Shown: one piece after another, positions 38,154 to 46,000 of the stretch
Numbering within the stretch: position 1 is the first letter of the stretch
Layout of the letters: every line of letters begins with the position of its first letter
Assembly (NCBI GenBank): GCA_050250375.1
Contig: JBFWOS010000002.1
Span: 453,149-517,148, forward strand
Reading direction: 5' to 3'
Length of the DNA: 64,000 bases
From: Candidatus Omnitrophota bacterium
GTDB lineage: Bacteria; Omnitrophota; Gorgyraeia; Zapsychrales; Zapsychraceae
Notes under the pieces: generated by a model
Database searches by the model: none
Seen by the model: only the letters and a program-made list of their open reading frames with translations
Told to the model about the DNA's origin: nothing
Position numbers and translations under genes: made by a program

Positions 38154-39197
38154 TTACGGTTTGATTTGCTTGAGCAGATGGAATATTTTTAAATATTCCC
38201 CTTCCGTCTCTCCCAAATCCAGGATATATTCCCCTCTTTGCAGAACATCCTTCGGGGGAGAGATGACCGGGTTCTCGAGAATCTCCTTGTTCAGGTAAGG
38301 TTCCGCCTCGATCGTGACCGGGTAGAAAAACATGTTGGAGTTGCGGGCGACATTCTCGGGTTTCATGAGAAAATTGATCAGCTGATAAGCCTCTTCCCTG
38401 TGAGGGCTGTCGATGCTGATGACAAGGTTGTCCAGGCCAAAGCTGAAGCCTTCTTTCGGATAGACATATTTAATATCGTCCCGGTCCCCGGCGTAGGTCA
38501 TCATGTCTCCGTTGTAGGTCTGGGCGATCCACCATTCGCCGCTCATCACTTTTTCGAGATTGCCGATCGTGTCGCCGAATTGCACGCCGTTGGCTTTAAG
38601 GAGCAGGGCGTTTTCCTGGACCTTCTTCAGTTCCTGGGGATCGGTTGTGTTGACTGAGAAACGGGAATATTTTAACACCGCGCTCATCGCGTCGCGGTTG
38701 TCATCCATAAGAGCGATTTTATCTTTGTATTTCGGGTCCCAGAGCACCGACCAGCTGTCGACATCCGCCGGGACAAATTTGGTGTTGATGGCCAGGCCCG
38801 CCGCCCCCCAAAGGCCGGCCACGACCGAATATTTGTTTTTCGGGTCATACGGAGGGTTCCTGAATTGTTTTTTGATGTGCTGCGTGCCGGTTATTTTGGA
38901 CAGGTCCAGTTCCTCAAGCAGCCTGGATTCGATGAGGACCGGGATCGTTTCATCCGACGCCAGGATCACGTCAAACCCGCCGGGCTCGGACTGGATCTCG
39001 GAGAGCATCATGTCCTTGGTTTCGTATTCCCGCAGGATCACCTTGACCCCGGTCTGTTTTTCGAAATCATCCAGGATCGCCTGGTCCGTGTATTCATACC
39101 AGTTGTAAAAGTACACCGCTTTTTCCCCCTGGGCAAAGCCGGGGTGGGTGAACAGCGAAAAGAGTAAAAGCCACAGGAAACAGGACAGTTTTCTCAT
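38154..39197 (-). CDS. Periplasmic solute-binding protein, PotD/PotF (polyamine) family
   Basis: It has a signal peptide and type II SBP-fold motifs, and lies immediately downstream of the sensor kinase. Confidence 0.65.
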   Translation of the reverse strand: MRKLSCFLWLLLFSLFTHPGFAQGEKAVYFYNWYEYTDQAILDDFEKQTGVKVILREYETKDMMLSEIQSEPGGFDVILASDETIPVLIESRLLEELDLSKITGTQHIKKQFRNPPYDPKNKYSVVAGLWGAAGLAINTKFVPADVDSWSVLWDPKYKDKIALMDDNRDAMSAVLKYSRFSVNTTDPQELKKVQENALLLKANGVQFGDTIGNLEKVMSGEWWIAQTYNGDMMTYAGDRDDIKYVYPKEGFSFGLDNLVISIDSPHREEAYQLINFLMKPENVARNSNMFFYPVTIEAEPYLNKEILENPVISPPKDVLQRGEYILDLGETEGEYLKIFHLLKQIKP

Positions 39198-39464
39198 CAG
39201 TCGGCCTCCTTGCCGTGTTTTAAAGGGGACATTTTTTCGTAAATGCGCTATTTTGTTATACTTCGAATTGCGGGACTATACAACGGTTAAATCAGAAAAC
39301 TGGCGGCAGGAAAATTGCATAACTTAACAAGATACAAGAAACAAACAAATTCCAATGAACAAGTTTCAAACAAAAAATATTGGTTTGGTTTTTGGGATTT
39401 GGTTATTTTTTGATATTTGTGTCTTGTCTTTAGTAACTTTCTCTATTGATTAAGTCCGATTGTT

Positions 39465-40091
39465 TTATGCCCCCGGATCAGAACTTAATAAGTTTTCATA
39501 TGTGTCATTATGAACAACCTTTTCATTCGATTCTTTTAGGCTTTTATAATACTTCAGGGCTTCTTTTTGATCAAATGCAGTAGAATTTTCATTTGAATAA
39601 TAAGAGAATAAATCATTTGCTGCGAACGTACAGCCGTTTTTAAAAGCTTGGTTAAACCAATAGATCATTTTTTCTTGATCGTGCGGGACTCCTTTAGCGC
39701 ATTGATAACAAAGGCCTAACCAACGCATAGCCTTTTCATCTCCCTTGTCCGCATCCCGCATAAAAAGATCAAAGGCTTTTTTGTAGTAGCTGTTTGATAA
39801 GTTGTTATCTTTTGTTGAGTTTTTAATATTATTCGATTCGAGTGAAGGATCATATATCAGGCCAAGAAAATAATGGGCTTCGGCAAAGTCTTGGGCTGAA
39901 CTTCTTTCAAACCAGAGAAGGGCTATTGAAATGTCTGGAGAAACACCATTCCCAACTAAGTAGGCCTCACCGATCACGAATTGAGCTTTGGGGTTCCCTT
40001 CCTCTGCAAATGGTAAAATGATTGAGAGGGACTCCTTAAATTTATTTTCTGCATATAATTTAAAACCGTCTTGGAATGAAGGAGTATTCAT
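39465..40091 (-). CDS. Sel1-like repeat protein
   Basis: Repeated AxxxxGxxYxxGxGVxxD Sel1 motifs (e.g. AQFVIGEAYLVGNGVSPD, AMRWLGLCYQCAKGVPHD). Confidence 0.7.
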   Translation of the reverse strand: MNTPSFQDGFKLYAENKFKESLSIILPFAEEGNPKAQFVIGEAYLVGNGVSPDISIALLWFERSSAQDFAEAHYFLGLIYDPSLESNNIKNSTKDNNLSNSYYKKAFDLFMRDADKGDEKAMRWLGLCYQCAKGVPHDQEKMIYWFNQAFKNGCTFAANDLFSYYSNENSTAFDQKEALKYYKSLKESNEKVVHNDTYENLLSSDPGA

Positions 40092-40189
40092 ATTGTTTTA
40101 TCTCAGTTCCAGATCCACCAACGCTCCATCCACAGGCTTTGTTGAGACGCCGGACTTGGTGTGCAGGTCTTTAATGGCCTTTTGACAAT

Positions 40190-41086
40190 TTAGTCGACTC
40201 CGGTGCCACTTAATCTTTTCAACTCAATATGGGCAAATTGTTTGTCTTCATCATTACATGCCAAATCGATACAAATTTTCTGATACATTTCAATTGCTTT
40301 TGGCACTTCATTATTTGCTACATACGCAAAAGCTAAATTAAAATATGCATCAATATAATCAGATTGTAAATTAATTACCTTTTTAAAAAAAATTATCGCT
40401 GTCTTATAATCTGCATTTTCATATGAACATAAACCCATGTTAAAATTCGCTTCTACATGATTTGAGTTTTTTTCTAAGATATGGTGAAGATATTTTTCTG
40501 CTGTTTCAAATTTTTTAATTCCAATATATATTTTAGCTAACCCAATGTACGAATTGTAATTGTCAGCAGAAATCGTTATAGATTCTTTATAGTCATTTAT
40601 TGCAGCATCATAATTATAAGTACAATAATTTGACCAAGCTCTATTGGAATAAGCCATAGAATTATTAGGGTCTATCTCGATGGCTTTGGTGTAATCCTTT
40701 AAACTTTTGTCATATAATTTTAACTTAGAATATGTTAAACCCCGATTGATGTAGGAATTGACATGCTGAGGACTGAGCTCTAGGGCTTTCGTATAATCTG
40801 AAATAGCTTCATCAAAAGAATTAATTATTCTATAAACGTTTGCCCGATTATAGAATGCTTCATAAAAAGGCACACTAATTCTTATTGAACTTGTATAATC
40901 TGCGATTGCTTTTTCATATTCTTCTAGATCAGCATAAGAGTTTCCACGATTATAGTATATATCCCCATTGCTGGCATCAATCTCAAGAGCCTTGGTATAG
41001 TATGTAATGGCTTTAACATGACACCCATTAATGCGGTAATTATGAGCTTCTTCACAATATTTTTCGATTAGTTCTTCAGAATTCAT
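40190..41086 (-). CDS. Tetratricopeptide (TPR) repeat protein
   Basis: About 8 tandem 34-aa repeats of the form AIxxYxKAIEIDPNNxxAYxNRG. Confidence 0.75.
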   Translation of the reverse strand: MNSEELIEKYCEEAHNYRINGCHVKAITYYTKALEIDASNGDIYYNRGNSYADLEEYEKAIADYTSSIRISVPFYEAFYNRANVYRIINSFDEAISDYTKALELSPQHVNSYINRGLTYSKLKLYDKSLKDYTKAIEIDPNNSMAYSNRAWSNYCTYNYDAAINDYKESITISADNYNSYIGLAKIYIGIKKFETAEKYLHHILEKNSNHVEANFNMGLCSYENADYKTAIIFFKKVINLQSDYIDAYFNLAFAYVANNEVPKAIEMYQKICIDLACNDEDKQFAHIELKRLSGTGVD

Positions 41087-41127
41087 AGTTACAATTTATC
41101 TTTTAATGGCCTTATTTTTTTGTAAAG

Positions 41128-41190
41128 TTCCGGGGACACGTGCTTAATTATTGCGCGACTATTTTTCTAATTGGGTACGTGTCCCCGGAA
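41128..41190. repeat. Perfect 14-bp inverted repeat TTCCGGGGACACGT ... ACGTGTCCCCGGAA with a 35-nt spacer and a following T-run on the + strand
   Basis: Read directly from the sequence. It lies between the 75-aa ORF and the TPR gene. Confidence 0.5.
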
Positions 41191-41201
41191 TTCCACTTTT
41201 T

Positions 41202-41429
41202 TCAAACATTAATTTCATACTTCCGTGACAGCGCGTCGCCATTCACGGCATTGAGAAACGCTTTGAGTTTTTTGTTGGGGATATTGATTTCGGTCACTTT
41301 GTCGTGCGTGGCGTCTTCGAAGATGATGTTGATGCACCGCTTCCCCTGTTCATCCGGGTAATGTTTGACATACATCCGGAACTCACTCCCGAATTCGCTC
41401 CATTCGATGATTTCGTTTAATTTGGACAT
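41202..41429 (-). CDS. Hypothetical small protein (75 aa)
   Basis: An ATG-start ORF with plausible, non-repetitive composition. No family recognised. Confidence 0.35.
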   Translation of the reverse strand: MSKLNEIIEWSEFGSEFRMYVKHYPDEQGKRCINIIFEDATHDKVTEINIPNKKLKAFLNAVNGDALSRKYEINV

Positions 41430-41521
41430 CTTTATTGCCCTTTCTAATATTCATCTTTAAGGGGTTTTGTCTTTGAGGTTCTTTCAAATTAGCGCGCTGT
41501 TCCGTATCTTTTAATAATAAA

Positions 41522-42469
41522 CTATTTTGGCGTACATCGTTTAAAACGAAATGCGATCTCTTCAATGATAATTTCTAACGTATCACTGTCAATGACTCTA
41601 TACTTTGGGTCATTTTCGATTGTTGAATTGGGTAAATAAAAGCCTTCTTCAAAACATCCACTAGGACCACAAAAAATGACAGAATATTTACTATCCTCAG
41701 ATCTATTGATGGCAATTCCAAAATCATGCGAGCAATCCGTCTTCCAGAAACCAATGTAGGGGTGTTTTTTTTTCCATTTAAGAGTAGTTGTAATAGTCTC
41801 TGAGTTTTCATGAAAGCCTACCTCACCGCGTGCCAATCGACCGTTCATGATTTTCTTTTGAGAAACAATTTTTCCGGTCTCATCATATTCACTTAATACG
41901 CCGGTATATTCACCATTTTGTTTAGAAATAAGAGCGCCATTTTTATCATATTCTTCAAAGTTAGTGAGTTTTAATTTTTTAATATCAAATTTCCTGAATA
42001 ATTTTCCATTTGGATGATATTCTTTTCTATATCCATCTCCATAATAGTAAGAGGATTCATATTTTAATGTACCGTCCAAGAAATATCTCCAAACTCGTTG
42101 AGTTTTACGATCAGGCATTCCATTCTCAAAATTATGCTCATGCTGTAATGTGCCGTCTTTATTAAATTTTTGAACGAGCCCTTCAACGATATCATCTTTA
42201 TAATTATATGTTTGTTCCAAGTTACCATTGGCCGTATATTGTTTCAGTGTGCCTTGTTTTTTTCCGTCAACATACATAACTTCTTGATACAAGTTTCCAT
42301 TTTCATGATACCTTTTTGATGGGCCATGTCTCTTGCCGTCTTTATAAGTTCGTTCGTACTGCATTTGACCGTTCGGAAAGAATTCTTTACGAATCTCGGT
42401 TTCTTGGGCGTGAACGGTTACTTGTAGTAGCAAAGCCCAAAAAAATGTGGTAAATAGTATTTTTTTCAC
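41522..42469 (-). CDS. MORN-repeat / YwqK-like repeat lipoprotein-like secreted protein
   Basis: It has a signal peptide and repeated YxxGKxxGxxxxYxxNGxL units. Confidence 0.6.
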   Translation of the reverse strand: MKKILFTTFFWALLLQVTVHAQETEIRKEFFPNGQMQYERTYKDGKRHGPSKRYHENGNLYQEVMYVDGKKQGTLKQYTANGNLEQTYNYKDDIVEGLVQKFNKDGTLQHEHNFENGMPDRKTQRVWRYFLDGTLKYESSYYYGDGYRKEYHPNGKLFRKFDIKKLKLTNFEEYDKNGALISKQNGEYTGVLSEYDETGKIVSQKKIMNGRLARGEVGFHENSETITTTLKWKKKHPYIGFWKTDCSHDFGIAINRSEDSKYSVIFCGPSGCFEEGFYLPNSTIENDPKYRVIDSDTLEIIIEEIAFRFKRCTPK

Positions 42470-42562
42470 TCTAACCTTCTATGGATTTTTATGGTGGTGT
42501 ATTTTTTATAGTCTTGATTATACGACCAATCGCGGATAATTCCTAGTCTGATTTCACGGGTT

Positions 42563-42700
42563 TTAACGCGCCAGGGTGAGTTTGGGGGCGGCGGGGATTT
42601 TTTCGTTTGGTCCGGCATGGCCCAGGATAAACGGCATTAAAGGAACGGGTTTGAAGTCGATGATGACCTCAAGAGTCAGACCTCTTCGACTTTTCCCAAG
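42563..42700 (-). pseudogene. Orphan 3'-terminal fragment of a giant-protein gene. It encodes only the shared C-terminal module (...[36 protein letters not shown]).
   Basis: 42563-42662 is about 90% identical at the nucleotide level to the last ~100 nt (43041-43140) of the 2429-aa gene. The protein motif PVIIDIRPV -> EVIIDFKPV is retained further upstream, but there is no N-terminal body. Confidence 0.6.
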
Positions 42701-43001
42701 TGGAATATAAAAGGGCTGGAAAAAAAGCCATTTGTTCTTCACGAAAAGACTCCTGAATAAATCTTTCATTCAGTTTCTTAAGTAATTCTTCTTTCGTTAA
42801 ATCAGGATGGCGGCGTTTTATTTCTCCGGAGACGCGCGAACGCGCCAGATCATGCAGTTCAAATGCCAACTGGATTCTTTGGTAGGGTTTAAGCCGGCGC
42901 AGGTATTGACGCTGCTGAGTGCTTGATTCGTGTCTATCCATAAATACCTCTACGTGTTTAACTGATAAACCTATAATACTGTCTTTTTCTGTTTTAGACA
43001 A
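42669..43001 (-). CDS. Hypothetical small charged protein (110 aa)
   Basis: An ATG-start ORF lying between the 2429-aa gene and the orphan fragment, and overlapping the fragment in another frame. No family recognised. Confidence 0.35.
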   Translation of the reverse strand: MSKTEKDSIIGLSVKHVEVFMDRHESSTQQRQYLRRLKPYQRIQLAFELHDLARSRVSGEIKRRHPDLTKEELLKKLNERFIQESFREEQMAFFPALLYSTWEKSKRSDS

Positions 43002-43040
43002 GACTGAAAAAATATTCCAGGTTTTATTTTAAATGAATAA

Positions 43041-46000
43041 CTATCGCGCCAGGGTAAGTTTGGGGGCGGCGGGGGTTTCTTCGTTTGGTCCGGCATGGCC
43101 CAGGATAAACGGCAGGTACAGGACGGGGCGGATGTCGATGATGACCGGGAAGTATCCGCCGATGTGCATGAGTTCCAGCGGCTGTTCCTGGATGGGCAGC
43201 GGGATGCCGAAGTCATCACGTTTGATCTGTAAATCCAGCCAGCGCGGGTTTAAGTCGATCCCCCCCACGGACTTGATCGTCTGTTCTTCGGCGGACATCA
43301 TGTGGTCCTTTTTGGGATCGGACGTCCGGACGTGGGCCAGGACTTCCGGGTTGAGGACATTTTCCGGGATCTTGCCGTCAATCAGGCGCCTGAGGTTCAG
43401 CATGGCGCGCGCGATCTTGAATTGCCTGACCTTCCAGACGGCGGCGGCCGTGTGGCCGGACAGTTTGACATTGGTGAGCTGTTCCCCCTCATCGTTGACA
43501 AACCGGCGCTGGCTTTCCCCTTCGTCGTTTAAGACGTCCAGCCGGATCTGAACGCCGGGGTGTTCGATGGCGTAATGGATCAGCGCGTTTTCATCCACCT
43601 GGAATTTGCTCGCGTTGATCAGGACGCGCACCGGGCCTTCTGCGTCCAGACCGAATTGCTGCAGGGCCTCTTCGTTCACCCATTCGACATTGCGCTGTTT
43701 GGAGGAATCGTCCAGGGTGGTGACAATATTACTGCGCCGGAAGAAATCCATTTTGTCGGCGTAGGCCGGCGCTTTCATGCCGGGCCCGTACACCTTGCGG
43801 CGGTTGTCGGCGATCTGGCTGAACGCGTCATGTTTGGCCTCCAGGTCGCGGGTGTCCATGCTTTCGGTATCAATCAGGAGATTAACGCCGAAGGCCAGCG
43901 CCCGTTTCGCCAGGGCTGTCCCGATGCGCCGGATGCCGTGCACGCCGAACGTCTGACGGGCGAGGCCCGTCTGAAGGACGTTGCTATCCTTAATAAAAAT
44001 CTGGTCCGCGTCAATCACGACCCCTTTGACCTTTTCCTTGTCCCGCAGGCTTTTGTAGGCCTTGTCCGACGGTGTTTTCAGGATATAATCGGACGACCGC
44101 ACCAGTTCCGATTCCTCCACGAGTTTTAAATTGATCGAGATCCCTTTGATCTCGGAGTTTTTTATGATCGTCTGGATCAGGTCCTGGATCCGCCGGCGTG
44201 TGGATTCGCTCAGTTGTTCATATTCTTTGCGCAACACATAAATGGTGGCGGCCTGGTGGATGACGGCGGTTTCCAGCAGGTTGACCCCGGCGGTCTGCAG
44301 TCCCAGGATCCCGATCGTGGTGTGGATGCCGGCTTCGTCGTTCTGCCCGATCTGGTCGTGGTAAACGGTTGAATCGGGCGACACGCCGGTCTTGGCGTAT
44401 TTTCCGGAGCGGCCGAATTCAAACATCTCGTCCAGTTTCAGGGCTTTTTTGAGCAGCATGTACCACATGATGTGGGCCGCGTTGAGGCGTTCTTCGTTTG
44501 TCTTGGGCTTGACGCCCGAGAGTTTGACCGAGCCGGGTGTTTGTTCGAAGGAGACAAGCTGTCCGTAAACGCCGTCTAACGCCAGGGCGATATTCTGTTC
44601 GGCCACGGCGATGGTCGTCGGGCCGGGCGCGGTCGTGACCACGGTCTGGTGGCGGGTCGCCGCGTCCAGGTCGATATTGTGTTCGGCCGTGGCAAATAAG
44701 ACCAGGCCTTTCAGGTCGGCCTTTTCAAAGAAGGCGTCGTCAAAGCGGGTGTTGCAGTAACCCACGCAGAAGTCGTAGTCTTTCTGCGAGACGATCTGTC
44801 CGACGTTCGGGTCAATCCCGGCGATCAGACGCCCGTCTTTCTCAACGACCTCGGACTCGCTGCCGATGATGTCAAAATTGATATCGGAGAAATTGTCGCG
44901 CAGGGCCTCGATCATGTCCGGGTTGAGCGGTTCGACGACAAGAACGTTTGTCTTCCCCCTCTGCGAGGTCATCCGTTTAAATTTGAGTCCGGCCAGGGTG
45001 ACGTCGGTTTCTTTGTGGTACAGCACGTGGCCGTTTAAGATATTATGCGGGACCTGGAAGTTCATCAGCCGTTCCAGATTGTCCAGGGCGCGCTGAACTT
45101 TAAGCCGGCGGACCTGCGGAACGGCGGCGGCGGTGTGGCCGGCCACTTTGATATTGGGCAGCGGATTGTTCGACGCGTCCCTGAAGCGCTGGTGGGCGTC
45201 GCCTTTTTCTTCCTGGTTCACCACGTCCAGGCGGACTTCGACGTCCGGACGGTCCCGTAAATAATGCAGCAAGGCCTCTTCATCGATCAGGTTTTTGACC
45301 TGGCTGACAATGGCGCGCACGTCGCCCTTGGCGGACACGCCGAATTGTTCCAGTTTTTCGGCGTCAATCCACGATTCCGTTTCCGTGGTTAAAGGTGTTA
45401 AGGTCGTAATGATATTGCTCTGCTGCATGAAATGATCAAGGTCAACAAAAACGGCCCTTTGCTGTTCCGGGCCAGCGTCCCGCAGCATGAAAAATGACAG
45501 GCTGTTGAGGAAGTCGATTTTTTCCGTATACATCGGACGGGTGGATTCCCTTTGGTTGATCAGGGCGGTCGCGCGCAGGGCGATCACCCGCTGGGCCACG
45601 GCCTTTCCGATGCGTCCCAGCCCCTGTATCCCGACTTTCAAACCGGCCAACGAAAGTGAAAGCGTGGCCGGGTCTTTGATAAAAATGGTCTGCGGGTCGA
45701 CGTCGATCGGGTGCGCGTCCAGGAAATCACTTAAAGTCCTGTTCTGCCGGGCGGCCGGGGTGGCGATGGTGTAATCGGACACTTCCACCAGCACTTCTTT
45801 GGGCAGCGGTTTGATGGAGATTTTCATATCGTATTTACGTTTATTTTCTTCCATCGTTTTGATGAGGGATTGAAACCGCTCTTTGGCGGTTTCGTCCAGA
45901 TTTTTGTATTCATCTTCATCAACATAAATGGTGGATAATTCATGGGTGATGGCCATCTCGATGAGCCGTTCACCGACGGAATCAAGGCCCAGGATCCCCA

